Source: a virus
IMG/VR virus record: IMGVR_UViG_3300045988_036168
Length of the DNA stretch: 64,000 nt
Strand: one strand, 5' to 3'
Below, in pieces: positions 16,941 through 25,869 of the stretch (positions are counted from its first letter, which is position 1; each line of letters begins with the position of its first letter). The translations under genes were made by a program, and so were the position numbers. Under the pieces are notes generated by a model. The model ran no database searches. It had not been told where the DNA came from and worked only from the letters and a program-made list of their open reading frames with translations.

Positions 16941-18659
16941 ATGGCTTCTCGCATCGCCGAGAAACTGGCCGCGAAGAAGGCGGCCATCTATATTCGCGTT
17001 TCTACTCATTGGCAGGTGGACAAAGACTCCCTCAAAGTTCAGCGCCGCGAACTTATCGCCTATGTCACGCTGGTGCTGGGCATCACCGACTACGTCGTGT
17101 TTGAAGACCCCGGCTACTCGGCCAAGAACACAGACCGCCCAGAATATCAGGCCATGATGGATCGCATCCGCGCAGGCGAGTTTACCCACCTTGTCGTCTG
17201 GAAGATTGACCGTATCAGCCGCAACCTGATTGACTTCGCCGCCATGCACGACGAACTGCAGTCCCTCGGTGTCACCTTCGTCTCCAAGAACGAGCAGTTC
17301 GACACCTCCTCCGCCATCGGTGAGGCCATGATGCGCATTATCCTGATTTTCGCCGAGCTGGAGCGCAAGACCACCGCCGAGCGCGTCACGGCCGTCATGC
17401 TCTCCCGTGCCTCAGACGGTCAATGGAATGGTGGCCGTGTTCCCTTCGGCTATTCGTGGTCGAAGGAAACAAAGACATTCTCCATCGTCCCCGAGGAGGC
17501 AAAGGCCATCCGCCGCATGGCCGAACTGTACGAGCAGTACCAGTCCTTGCTCTATGTCGCCAAGTACCTCAACGACGCCGGTATCGTCACGAAGACGGGC
17601 GGCCAATGGACGCCAACCACGGTGCGCACCATCCTGACAAACCCGTGGTACATCGGCCAGTATGTCTATAACGTCCACTCAGACGGCAAGGGCATCGAGA
17701 AGCGCGACTCTGACGAATGGATCACCGTCGAGAACCACCACGAACCCATTCTGAACGAAGATGTATTCTGCCGCATGAAGTTCCTGCTGACTCGGAACAA
17801 GCGCGGCGGCGTTCCCTCTCACAAAACATACGTCAGGAAGAACATCCACGTCTTTGCTGGCCTGCTCCGCTGCGGTCAGTGCGGCTCCAACATGACAGCC
17901 AACCTCGACCGGCGGCGAGCGAACGGCTTCCGCCCCTCCCAATACGCCTGCGGCAGCCGGCGGCGCAAAGGAACCTCCTGCACCAACAAGTACATCTCCG
18001 ACACCACGCTCGGCCCGTTCGTCCTGAACTACGTCGCCAACATCATCAGAGCCTCCAAGAACTTTTCTGAGACCACGACGCCCGATGTTCTGGAGCGTAA
18101 GCTGCTCCGCGGCGAAGCGTTCGAGGACGTGGCCTCCGTCAGCACCGACGCTCTGGGCCAGCTTCTCGATGCGTTCCGATCCGCCGGTGACGCCGTGGAG
18201 TACCGCCCGCAAATCGCCTTCTCCGGTGATGACAACTCCATCCGTGAAATTGACACCCTCCGCGCTCGGCGCCGCAAGCTCGACAACGCCCTCGCTCGTT
18301 TGAACGCCCTGTACCTCTACGACGACGAAGCCATGCCAGAGAAAGACTTCGTCATGCAGCGCGGCCAGATCACCAAACAGCTCGAAGAAGTCAATGCCCG
18401 CATTGAGGAACTGCAGAACCAAGAGTCCAGCGAGGAACTGGGCGACGACTTCATCGGCAAGGCCAGCTACTACATCATGGCGAACAAGCTGATCGAAGAC
18501 CGCTACATCGACTACGAGAAGTACATCCGAGCCATTGACCCCTCTATCCCGCGCAGCTTCCTCCAGCAGATCATAGACCACATCGTCGTGAACGATGGCC
18601 GCGTCACCTCCATCACATTCAAGAACGGTGCGACCCACACATTCACCTACAAGACATGA
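16941..18659 (+). CDS. large serine recombinase (phage integrase)
   Basis: ORF track 16860..18659 trimmed to MASRIAEKL... after AAAAGGAGG. Has the resolvase catalytic motif AAIYIRVSTHWQ, a recombinase domain, a Cys cluster CGQCGSNM...C and a C-terminal coiled coil. Confidence 0.85.
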   Translation: MASRIAEKLAAKKAAIYIRVSTHWQVDKDSLKVQRRELIAYVTLVLGITDYVVFEDPGYSAKNTDRPEYQAMMDRIRAGEFTHLVVWKIDRISRNLIDFAAMHDELQSLGVTFVSKNEQFDTSSAIGEAMMRIILIFAELERKTTAERVTAVMLSRASDGQWNGGRVPFGYSWSKETKTFSIVPEEAKAIRRMAELYEQYQSLLYVAKYLNDAGIVTKTGGQWTPTTVRTILTNPWYIGQYVYNVHSDGKGIEKRDSDEWITVENHHEPILNEDVFCRMKFLLTRNKRGGVPSHKTYVRKNIHVFAGLLRCGQCGSNMTANLDRRRANGFRPSQYACGSRRRKGTSCTNKYISDTTLGPFVLNYVANIIRASKNFSETTTPDVLERKLLRGEAFEDVASVSTDALGQLLDAFRSAGDAVEYRPQIAFSGDDNSIREIDTLRARRRKLDNALARLNALYLYDDEAMPEKDFVMQRGQITKQLEEVNARIEELQNQESSEELGDDFIGKASYYIMANKLIEDRYIDYEKYIRAIDPSIPRSFLQQIIDHIVVNDGRVTSITFKNGATHTFTYKT

Positions 18660-18664
18660 GAAAA

Positions 18665-18693
18665 GCCCCGGCCTCATATACTGAGGTCGGGGC
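18665..18693. terminator. bidirectional terminator-like hairpin after the integrase
   Basis: 11-bp stem GCCCCGGCCTC / GAGGTCGGGGC with one wobble pair; AAAA before it and a weak T-run after it on plus, so TTTTCTC follows it on minus. Confidence 0.5.
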
Positions 18694-18855
18694 CATCTTA
18701 TGCAGTCTATGCAGTATCGCCGCAACATTATGCGTCAAAAAAGTTGTTCAATTTTATAAGCATCCCCTCAAAGCTAACGATGCGTGATGCTTTCCGGTTA
18801 TCCACGCGGCTTTTTCTGCTTTTTGCGCCGGTTAAGCCGTTTTCCTCGAAAACCT

Positions 18856-18972
18856 TTATTTTTCGGGCTTTTCGCCGTTTTCAGCCTTGGATGGCATCAC
18901 GTCTCCAATGAACATCGCATCACCGATGCTCACGCGAAGTGTGATTTTCGGATTTTCTGCATAGTAATTCAT
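18856..18972 (-). CDS. small hypothetical protein (38 aa)
   Basis: Not in the ORF track. ATG at 18972 preceded by GGAGGGAACG (MNYYAENPKITLRVSIGDAMFIGDVMPSKAENGEKPEK); last ORF of the toxin-antitoxin operon. Confidence 0.35.
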   Translation of the reverse strand: MNYYAENPKITLRVSIGDAMFIGDVMPSKAENGEKPEK

Positions 18973-19050
18973 CGTTCCCTCCATACTTTGCAGATGCAAG
19001 GCGCAGCAGTCAAGACCGCCGCGCCACATTCTGCAATCTTTCTCGTATTT

Positions 19051-19254
19051 TCAGACGGTGGGTGTCTGGGGCTGCTTCCCTATTTCGGAGCAGAACGCCA
19101 GATAGTCGTCCACTGCCTTATGAAACTCTTCCTCCAAGCCCTCTGCATTTGCGGACTCGAAGTTCACTAAGTCGTTGATGCCGAGGAGCCTTCCGAAGAA
19201 GGCCCCGTCCTCGGCGGAGTATTCGGGCCTTGCCGAATACCCCTTGTACGTCAT
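19051..19254 (-). CDS. HicB-family antitoxin-like protein (no HicA partner seen)
   Basis: MTYKGYSARPEYSAEDGAFFGRLLGINDLVNFESANAEGLEEEFHKAVDDYLAFC matches the HicB N-terminal domain pattern. Start trimmed to the second ATG, which has a GGAG upstream. Confidence 0.55.
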   Translation of the reverse strand: MTYKGYSARPEYSAEDGAFFGRLLGINDLVNFESANAEGLEEEFHKAVDDYLAFCSEIGKQPQTPTV

Positions 19255-19272
19255 CGCTGCCTGCTCCATAGT

Positions 19273-19548
19273 TCAGAACAGGTCACTGTGGGTTCCAGTT
19301 CTGGACAGCAGCAGCAAAAGCTCCTGCTCCCTGTACTGGTACACCAGCAGCCAATCGGGCGTGATATGGCACTCACGGAAACCGCCGTAATCGCCGGTCA
19401 GGAGGTGGTCTTTGTACTTCTCGTCGAGCTTCATGCCGTTGGCAAGCAATTCGATCACCTCGAAAATAAGCCTCTGGTCGTACCCACGTTTCTGCACCAG
19501 CTTCATATCCTTCTTGAAGCGGGTGGACATCCTCACATCGTACTTCAT
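19273..19548 (-). CDS. yafQ: YafQ/RelE-family type II toxin (mRNA interferase)
   Basis: MKYDVRMSTRFKKDMKLVQKRGYD...YKDHLLTGDYGGFRECHITPDWLLVY...LLLSRTGTHSDLF, a near-textbook YafQ pattern; 4-nt overlap with the antitoxin gene. Confidence 0.85.
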   Translation of the reverse strand: MKYDVRMSTRFKKDMKLVQKRGYDQRLIFEVIELLANGMKLDEKYKDHLLTGDYGGFRECHITPDWLLVYQYREQELLLLLSRTGTHSDLF

Positions 19549-19820
19549 GCCTCCAAAGCCCTCTTCAGGTCTTCCATACTGTGGAAGGTCTCATACTGCT
19601 CAGGGTGGTTTACCATGTCATCAGCTTCCCGCATAGCGGCGATGGTGTCCGCATTGGGAACCTCGCGCTGAATGGAAAACGGGATGCAATTCTCGCGGAT
19701 CGACTGCCGCAGAAAGATGTTGATTGCGGTGGACAGGTCAAGGCCGAAGTCTGCGAACAGAGCTTGAGCCTGTGCTTTCACATCGGCGTCAATGGAAATG
19801 CTGGTTGATACTTTCGCCAT
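19545..19820 (-). CDS. relB: RelB/DinJ-family antitoxin
   Basis: MAKVSTSISIDADVKAQAQALFADFGLDLSTAINIFLRQSIRENCIPFSI ribbon-helix-helix pattern; sits upstream of and overlaps the toxin gene. Confidence 0.85.
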   Translation of the reverse strand: MAKVSTSISIDADVKAQAQALFADFGLDLSTAINIFLRQSIRENCIPFSIQREVPNADTIAAMREADDMVNHPEQYETFHSMEDLKRALEA

Positions 19821-19851
19821 CTGAAATCACTCCTTTAATTTCTTTGAGTAT

Positions 19852-19879
19852 ATTATATCATATTATACCTCGAAGTCAA
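19852..19879 (-). promoter_or_regulatory. promoter of the relB-yafQ operon (TTGACT-16 bp-TATAAT)
   Basis: Minus-strand -35 at 19879-19874 and -10 at 19857-19852, ~30 nt upstream of the relB ATG. Confidence 0.55.
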
Positions 19880-19943
19880 TATGTTATACATATTTTGTGG
19901 CAAGAAAGCAAAGAGGCCGGGAAAATCCCGGCCTCTCCCCTAC

Positions 19944-20216
19944 TCAGTCTTCGGTTTTCAAGGTGCCAACGCACCGCCGAACATCGTTGACGGCGTAGAT
20001 GGCATCCACCACTCGGCAATCTCCAGCCAGACGGTCGAGGTCATCCGACACCTTCCTGATGGCGTCCCAAAGGGCATAGAAGGCATCCGTTGCCATGTCG
20101 GCTCGCGCTCTGTCAGCCGGCGCCACATCCAGCTCCAGATAGGTATTCTCGAAAGCAAACATGATGGCCTCCACCTTTGCGATGTCGAAAATTGCCTCGT
20201 TCAGATTTCTGTTCAT
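19944..20216 (-). CDS. hypothetical protein (90 aa), paralog of 46010..46282
   Basis: ORF track trimmed to MNRNLNEAIF... after GAAGGAG. Shares FENTYLELD / AFYALWDAIRKV...VVDAIYAVNDV with FESTYFYFLD / AFYEIKDRVHAL...VCNAIFAVNFA. Confidence 0.6.
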   Translation of the reverse strand: MNRNLNEAIFDIAKVEAIMFAFENTYLELDVAPADRARADMATDAFYALWDAIRKVSDDLDRLAGDCRVVDAIYAVNDVRRCVGTLKTED

Positions 20217-20377
20217 TTTCTTTACTCCTTCGTGATGTATTGGCACTCGTACACCGGGGTAAAGACTTCATTCATAGCGGCACTGTCGGCTGCTCTCATG
20301 GGTGGGGAGTTGTTACGGGCCCTGTGCGAGCGTCGAGAGCAACGTCCGTGCCTCTTTTTTGCTTTCCGCTTCTGTAT

Positions 20378-20808
20378 TTACTTTGCAACGTGAGCCGTCA
20401 CGAATCGGCCCAGCATTTCTCTCGCGTCCTCCACCCTGCCGGCAGCACAGACGTCGAAGATGTACGCGCAGTCCTTGGCTGACATGATATGCTCTGGTAG
20501 CGTGTCGTCGCGGATCGTGTCGAGGAACAGCTCCTCGCGCTCATGGAGTGTCAGGTGCGTCTCCCGAACTATGCGGCAAATCTGCTTTGCGAGGCGATCC
20601 GCAATGACTGGCTCAGCGTACACGCCGCTCGTGACGAAGTAGAACGTCAGCATTCCCAGCTTCAGGGCATCGGTGTATCGCTTCTCACTCTCAAGGATCT
20701 CAGCCATCTCCATCAGCCATTCGACAGCCTGCGCGATCTGGCCGGCGCGGATGCAGTCGTTGTACTGTCGTGCGGCGGCCTCGTAGCCACCGTGCTCGCC
20801 TGTTGTCA
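20378..20808 (-). CDS. hypothetical helical protein (~143 aa)
   Basis: ORF track 20378..20851. Start placed at the ATG 8 nt after GGAGG (alternatives at 20814 and 20851); no family recognised. Confidence 0.5.
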
Positions 20809-20867
20809 TAGTCATTCCCTCCGTTATCAAAGAGGCCAAAAGCGTTCGCAAAGCCTCTGTATTTGTG

Positions 20868-20896
20868 ATTATACCACCAGTAAATGTGATTGTGAA
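20868..20896 (-). promoter_or_regulatory. promoter TTCACA-17 bp-TGG-TATAAT (extended -10)
   Basis: Minus-strand -35 at 20896-20891 and -10 at 20873-20868 with TG at -15/-14. The leader carries an AGAGGC/GCCTCT hairpin before the RBS of 20378..20808. Confidence 0.5.
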
Positions 20897-20908
20897 GTCA
20901 GGACACCG

Positions 20909-21133
20909 TCAGGAATCGCCTGAAGCCGTCAGTAACGTGTCCGTTTCATTTCCGTGGGTGTGTGGGTGGGTATCTGTAAAATCGTCGCACGCGGCCTCTA
21001 CGCCGCTTTTACGCAGGCCGTCTATGATGGCCTCTTCCGATGGGAAGAAACGGAGAGCTGCCGACTCGTTTCCGTTGATACGCACCGACAGCTCTCCAGT
21101 ATCAGGCCACGAAAACCGCAGCTCACTTTTCAT
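20909..21133 (-). CDS. hypothetical protein (74 aa)
   Basis: ORF track; overlaps the upstream gene end by 11 nt. Confidence 0.5.
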   Translation of the reverse strand: MKSELRFSWPDTGELSVRINGNESAALRFFPSEEAIIDGLRKSGVEAACDDFTDTHPHTHGNETDTLLTASGDS

Positions 21134-21872
21134 CAGGGTCGTCCATCACGCACTGCTCCCCGTTGGGGAACATCTGACTTCCAATGCGATTGTACTCCTC
21201 GAAAATCTTGTCGAACGCCTCCTGCCAGACCTCGTCGTGGTCGTGCTCAACGCCGACCGCTACATGGGCAAGTTCGTGTGCAAGGATTTCGACCGCGTTG
21301 GCGACCTCAAGGCTCGGCTTGACGAAGACAGCATCAGATCCATCATCGGCAAAGTCAGTCAGGCCGTACACGGGCTTGCCATCCTCTTCGTCGCGGATCT
21401 GCGGCTCCCAGTAAATCTCGCAGTCCTTGTCTGGGTACAACTTCTTGAACGCTCCCCAGACCATAGCGAACATATCGTTCTGGAACGGCGCGATCAGCCG
21501 GTTTTTCAGATCCAGCGGAGAGAGCCGCGTCTCCTCGTACATCCGCAGGCGCTCTCTGGTCTCTGCGAAGGCCCACGCCATCGTGTAGAGCAGGGCAACC
21601 ACGCCCTCAATCGTATCAATGCCGTCGAACAGCCACTCAGAGGTCGCACACGAAAGCTCCAAATCGTCTTTGAGGCGTACATTCTCCAAGGTTTCGGGGC
21701 TGTACTTCTGCAGAATGTCCCGCGTCACGTTGCTCAGGGTCGCGTCTGAGAAGTCAGGCGCCGGCCCATAGCCGCGGACGTAAACCTCTTCGTCCTTGAT
21801 GAACACCAAGTTCAGCGCCGCCTCCACATTGTCCTGCGGGTCGTCGGTCACAATGGGCACATACTTTTTCAT
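21123..21872 (-). CDS. putative zinc metallopeptidase (HExxH)
   Basis: C-terminal EILAHELAHVAVGVEHDHDEVW contains HELAH followed by further His/Asp/Glu residues; the N-terminal 170 aa are unassigned. Confidence 0.45.
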   Translation of the reverse strand: MKKYVPIVTDDPQDNVEAALNLVFIKDEEVYVRGYGPAPDFSDATLSNVTRDILQKYSPETLENVRLKDDLELSCATSEWLFDGIDTIEGVVALLYTMAWAFAETRERLRMYEETRLSPLDLKNRLIAPFQNDMFAMVWGAFKKLYPDKDCEIYWEPQIRDEEDGKPVYGLTDFADDGSDAVFVKPSLEVANAVEILAHELAHVAVGVEHDHDEVWQEAFDKIFEEYNRIGSQMFPNGEQCVMDDPDEK

Positions 21873-22135
21873 TTCGCTTCCTCCTTCTCCTGCTCCCAGC
21901 GCAGGAACTCAACGCTTCCGATGACCCACTTCAGGGTCTTCCCGCCGTACATTTTCTGCAACTGCTCAAACACGTTTTCGGGGACGCTGAAGCTGTCGCA
22001 GACGCAGACCGCCGGCACCTCGCCACGGCTGTTGCGCACCAGTACCAGATCATCCTTCTTCAAGTCTCTCTCCTCGGGTACTCCGAAAAGGTAGTGCTGC
22101 GCATCGTTCAGGTGATGCACGATGACGATTTTCAT
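21869..22135 (-). CDS. hypothetical protein (88 aa)
   Basis: ORF track; 4-nt overlaps on both sides. Confidence 0.55.
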   Translation of the reverse strand: MKIVIVHHLNDAQHYLFGVPEERDLKKDDLVLVRNSRGEVPAVCVCDSFSVPENVFEQLQKMYGGKTLKWVIGSVEFLRWEQEKEEAK

Positions 22136-22473
22136 TTGAAATCACCTCCTTCGTCGCGGATCAAGCCTTGCATACGGGCCGCAGACAGCAGTTCTCCGAG
22201 CACCGCCTGCATCTTCCGAGGCCGATCCTCTTCGCTGGCACGGTTTGCCTCCGCAGCCCGCCACGCCAGTTGGCTGAGCACCCCTCTCAGGTGGATCATC
22301 CGGTCGTGGTCTTCCTTGGCAGAGGCAGCCATTCGCAACGCCTCCGCCATATCCTCGTTGTTCCGTCTGGCCGTGTCGTAACGGGTAATGCCAGTCTCCT
22401 GATAGTTCTGGAACGCCGTGTCAGCCTTGCGCTGATACCGTTCCGCCAGCTCCAACAATTTCTTTTCGTCCAT
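22132..22473 (-). CDS. hypothetical helical protein (113 aa)
   Basis: ORF track; coupled to the downstream gene. Confidence 0.55.
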   Translation of the reverse strand: MDEKKLLELAERYQRKADTAFQNYQETGITRYDTARRNNEDMAEALRMAASAKEDHDRMIHLRGVLSQLAWRAAEANRASEEDRPRKMQAVLGELLSAARMQGLIRDEGGDFK

Positions 22474-22486
22474 GTCTTGCTCCTTT

Positions 22487-24349
22487 CTACACCGCCACCA
22501 TGTCCAGCAGGGCGGCCATTGTCGTGATGGTGTCGCCTACTTTGGCGACGTATTCGGGGAAGTTTGCCCTTGCAACAGCCGCAGCCATCGGCGGGCAGAC
22601 GGCGTTGCCACAGCGGGCGACCTGTTCGTTCTTCGGGTACGGGTTGCCCATGTAATCGCGGTCGATGATGTAATCGGGTGGGAACCCCATCGCATTGTAA
22701 AGCTCTCTCGGGGAGAGCATCCGCAGGCCGATGTCTGCGATGAAGTAGAGCGTCCCGCCGATGCTCAGAAGCAGCAGGTCGTCATCGGCCAGCTTATAAC
22801 CGCAGTAGCGGTTCAGCAGTTCGCGGATCAGCGGCCAACGATACAGGTTCTCGTCCGGGCCAGCCTTGCAAAGCAGCGTGTCGCAGAGGGCGAAGGTTCC
22901 TCCGCCGCAAGCCTTTTTCTGGCCCGCGCCTGCCGTTACGGTCTGCATCGGTTCTGCAGGGCTGCTCCCCAAGTTGTCTCCCTTGAACTTCACCACATGG
23001 GCCGCGCACACCGCATTGTGGTCGATGGCCGTCACCGTCGGAAGCGGCTCTTCCATCTTCTCGCCGACCACACCGCTGTAATACTTCACCAGATTTGCGC
23101 AGGTCAGACCGTAGCGGTTCGAGGCATCCACGGTGGGGATTGGAGCGCCGAGGCCAGAGGCTCGGACGTTTTCTGTCTGCTCGGTATGGTACTGAATGAG
23201 CGAGGGCGCCACGATACCGCCCGTATGCTTGGCGGTAATGGTTTTGTATGGGCCACGCACATCGGCGACGTGGCCGCCTCCTGCGTGATTACATTCGGCC
23301 AGATATGGGGTTACAAGCATCTGGTTCCCTGCTGTCGTCACGGTATGTACCGGATCACCGGCAGGCGCTCCGACGCTGTTGCTGGTGTTCGTCGCCGTGA
23401 ACGGTGCCAGCACCGGCTTGCAGAGGTTGTGCTTGCCGCTCCCGACCACCGTAGGCAGCGGTTCCTCAATGTCGTGTACCCGTGGGGCCTGTCCCTTTCG
23501 TTCTCCATAGCCGGTCGGGACGATATACGGCTGGCCGCTCTTGATGGTGAATTTATCCACGCCGCGGATGATGCGCCGCATGGTGTTGTCCGCCAAAGGC
23601 CGCACCGCCTTCAAATTGTACCGCTCCTTGATTTCCTCCTTGGTGTCGAAGATGGACGGGCAAGGTAGGCTCCAGTCGATGATTTCCGCCGCACTGCGCC
23701 ACGGTTTCAGCCTGCCGCTCTTCACGGCTTCGCTGTCCCGCGGAGCGTGGGTCGGTTCGGGCCACACAATGGGCTTTCCGTCGCAACGGGCAATCAGGAC
23801 AAACCGCTTGCGGCTGGTCGGTGCGCCATAATCAGCCGCCACCAGCTCACGCCATTCGACCTCGTAGCCGAGATCCCGAAGCTGACCGATGAACTTTCTG
23901 AACGTCGTGCCTGCCAACTTCTTTACAGGCTTGCCCTTTCTGACCGGCCCCCATGTCTGGAACTCTTCGACATTTTCGAGGAAAATCACTCGTGGCCGCA
24001 CCAAAGCGGCCCATCTCAGGGTGATCCACGCAAGGCCGCGGATTTTCTTGTCAACGAGAGCTGCGCCCTTAGCCTTGCTGAAATGCTTGCAGTCGGGCGA
24101 GAACCACGCACCGCCCACGGGACGCCCGCGGCATACGTCACGCGGGTCAACATCCCAAACGGACGCCTGATAATGCTCCGTGTACGGGTGGTTCGTCTTG
24201 TGCATCAGGATCGCCGCAGGGTCGTGGTTGATGGCCGCCGCCACCGTAATGCCGAGGCCGACCTCCATGCCCGTCGATGCGCCGCCACCGCCCGCGAAGC
24301 TGTCAACGAAGATTTCGTCGTCGATGCCGATTTGTGCGCAATTTCTCAT
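22487..24349 (-). CDS. DNA (cytosine-5)-methyltransferase with an unusually long target-recognition region
   Basis: Motif I DSFAGGGGAS, IV SPDCKHFSKA, VI FLENVEEF, VIII TSRKRFVLIA, IX SPRELYNAMGFPPDY, X CGNAVCPPMA. About 350 aa lie between motifs VIII and IX. Confidence 0.85.
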   Translation of the reverse strand: MRNCAQIGIDDEIFVDSFAGGGGASTGMEVGLGITVAAAINHDPAAILMHKTNHPYTEHYQASVWDVDPRDVCRGRPVGGAWFSPDCKHFSKAKGAALVDKKIRGLAWITLRWAALVRPRVIFLENVEEFQTWGPVRKGKPVKKLAGTTFRKFIGQLRDLGYEVEWRELVAADYGAPTSRKRFVLIARCDGKPIVWPEPTHAPRDSEAVKSGRLKPWRSAAEIIDWSLPCPSIFDTKEEIKERYNLKAVRPLADNTMRRIIRGVDKFTIKSGQPYIVPTGYGERKGQAPRVHDIEEPLPTVVGSGKHNLCKPVLAPFTATNTSNSVGAPAGDPVHTVTTAGNQMLVTPYLAECNHAGGGHVADVRGPYKTITAKHTGGIVAPSLIQYHTEQTENVRASGLGAPIPTVDASNRYGLTCANLVKYYSGVVGEKMEEPLPTVTAIDHNAVCAAHVVKFKGDNLGSSPAEPMQTVTAGAGQKKACGGGTFALCDTLLCKAGPDENLYRWPLIRELLNRYCGYKLADDDLLLLSIGGTLYFIADIGLRMLSPRELYNAMGFPPDYIIDRDYMGNPYPKNEQVARCGNAVCPPMAAAVARANFPEYVAKVGDTITTMAALLDMVAV

Positions 24350-24675
24350 ATCTTCAACTCCTCCTCGTGCGGCTGAAGGAACCGGAAGGTCGCCGAGAGC
24401 TGCAGATCGTTGTTTTTTTCTTCCTGCCTCTCGTAAACGACAGCGTCGTGTTCCATCACATATTCCGCAATGTTGTGCGCAGTCTCCGCTCGGAGCATCT
24501 TCTCCATTTCAGCCTCGTGCGTTCTGGCAAAGGCAGGCACGATTTTCACCGTCCTGACTGTCTGGATGTCGTAATGGAGAGCCTGCACGATGGGCGCAGA
24601 AAACATCGCCTCTGCGCGTGTCAGGCCGCCGAGCGCATGGATGATTTTTGCCTTCAGCCTGTCAATCCATTTCAT
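24346..24675 (-). CDS. hypothetical protein (109 aa)
   Basis: ORF track; ATGA-type overlap with the methyltransferase stop. Confidence 0.55.
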   Translation of the reverse strand: MKWIDRLKAKIIHALGGLTRAEAMFSAPIVQALHYDIQTVRTVKIVPAFARTHEAEMEKMLRAETAHNIAEYVMEHDAVVYERQEEKNNDLQLSATFRFLQPHEEELKI

Positions 24676-25183
24676 GTGCGGCCTCCTTCATCAGCTTCCC
24701 GTTCTGAACTCGGTATGCTTTGTCGTCCCAATACTCAGTCGCGCCGACCTTGCGGGTTTCATTACCGTAAAACTTCTTCCACGACGGCAAGCTGTCGTTC
24801 ACGGCGTCGAAATGCAGGCCCCATCTGGCACAGGCTTCGAGCGCGTTCTCAAGCAGCTCTCCCTCTCGGCACGTCCAGAGAATGAGTCCCGCGCCAGCGA
24901 TCTGCTCTGCCGCCGCTGCGACGATAATCTCCCAGTTCGGAGCGCCAATGTCTGGGTATGCGTTTGCGCAGAGGCAACCGTCAAAGTCGATGGCGATTGC
25001 CTTCTGCAGCGTCTGCGCGTACTGTTTCCGACGCTCTTCGTCGTCTGCCCGCATCTGCTCCAATACCTCCTTTGCCAGTTTCGTCGTGCATCCTCTGCCC
25101 TCTCTTAATTTCTCCAGCGGGCATTCCCTGCAGTTCGGCTCAGCACAGCACCTCAGCGCCTTCACGATAACCCCTCGTCTCAT
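24662..25183 (-). CDS. HAD-like phage hydrolase-fold protein with Cys-rich N-terminus
   Basis: ORF track trimmed to MRRGVIVKALRCC... (ATGA coupling at 25180-25183). IAIDFDGCLCANAYPDIGAPN...LILWTCREG...FDAVN matches the phage HAD-like pattern. Confidence 0.5.
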   Translation of the reverse strand: MRRGVIVKALRCCAEPNCRECPLEKLREGRGCTTKLAKEVLEQMRADDEERRKQYAQTLQKAIAIDFDGCLCANAYPDIGAPNWEIIVAAAAEQIAGAGLILWTCREGELLENALEACARWGLHFDAVNDSLPSWKKFYGNETRKVGATEYWDDKAYRVQNGKLMKEAAHEMD

Positions 25184-25866
25184 GCCAGCGCCTCCTCTCT
25201 GCCGATCTGCTGGAACTTGTAGACGAAGACCCACGGGTTCGCATACCATCCCAACTCGTCGAGTTGGTCTGCAGAGATTGTGCTGTTCCAGAGATCCCGA
25301 AAATCCATGCGCATCGCTCTGTACGGCTGGTTCCGGTCAATGCCTTCAGCCTTTAACCCGCCGCCGTTGATGTCTCCGAGCCTCTCCACGGAAACGTCCA
25401 CGATTTTCAGGAATGTCCTCGCCGCCTCTTTTGGCATGAAAATCGAGGGGTTCCACTTGGAGTCGGTACTCCACTTAGCGATAAACTGGTCAAATGCCTC
25501 TCTGGATTCCGAGTCGGAGCATCCGCCGGGGAACTGGATTTTCCCGAGCGGGCCACCTGCTCGGAACTCGATCTTTGCATCCGCCTCGAAGCGGTGCGCA
25601 GACTGAACGTGCCACGTCTCTCTGATATAGAGCACGTCGCCGAACCAGAACTTCGGCTTGACGGTCTCCGCCCAGTCGCAGAAGACGCCGCCGGCCCCGT
25701 TGTTTCCGCACATCAGGTCGAACGTCCGGTTCTCTTCATCGCAGTCGAGGACGAACCGTGCGCCCTCGGGCTGCGGGAGAACTACGCGCCGCGTCTCAGT
25801 TTTTTTGCCGGCCATGATTTTCTGCACCATCTCCGTATTGAACAGGATCGGTTTCAGCTTTGCCAC
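25180..25866 (-). CDS. ASCH-domain-like protein
   Basis: N-terminal PILFNTEMVQKIMAGKKTETRR and later WNPSIFMPKEAARTFLKIVDVSVERL resemble phage ASCH/PUA-like proteins. Confidence 0.45.
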   Translation of the reverse strand: MAKLKPILFNTEMVQKIMAGKKTETRRVVLPQPEGARFVLDCDEENRTFDLMCGNNGAGGVFCDWAETVKPKFWFGDVLYIRETWHVQSAHRFEADAKIEFRAGGPLGKIQFPGGCSDSESREAFDQFIAKWSTDSKWNPSIFMPKEAARTFLKIVDVSVERLGDINGGGLKAEGIDRNQPYRAMRMDFRDLWNSTISADQLDELGWYANPWVFVYKFQQIGREEALA

Positions 25867-25869
25867 TTG

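Noticed and set aside
17679-18728. 349-aa minus-strand ORF opposite the integrase
   Set aside because: It lies entirely antisense to the motif-supported serine recombinase gene. Its composition is low-complexity Val/Gly/Ala/Asp-rich, and it has no RBS.
18660-19050. Possible prophage boundary or host junction just right of the integrase
   Set aside because: Genes to the right are phage-like. They include a paralog (19944..20216) of a gene at 46 kb and promoter cassettes carrying the same operator as the immunity region. No tRNA or host gene is visible. I therefore treated the window as one element, while noting the region as an alternative attP candidate.
19051-19269. Search for a HicA toxin partner of the HicB-like gene
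   Set aside because: No small ORF with a HicA-like sequence lies on either side. The flanking genes are yafQ upstream and an unrelated 38-aa ORF downstream, so I report the HicB-like gene as an orphan.
20247-20377. Plus-strand T-run (20354-20359) suggesting a terminator or antisense RNA upstream of 19944..20216, by analogy with the 46.3-kb locus
   Set aside because: No stable stem precedes the T-run, and no plus-strand promoter is evident. The analogy with the paralogous locus does not hold.
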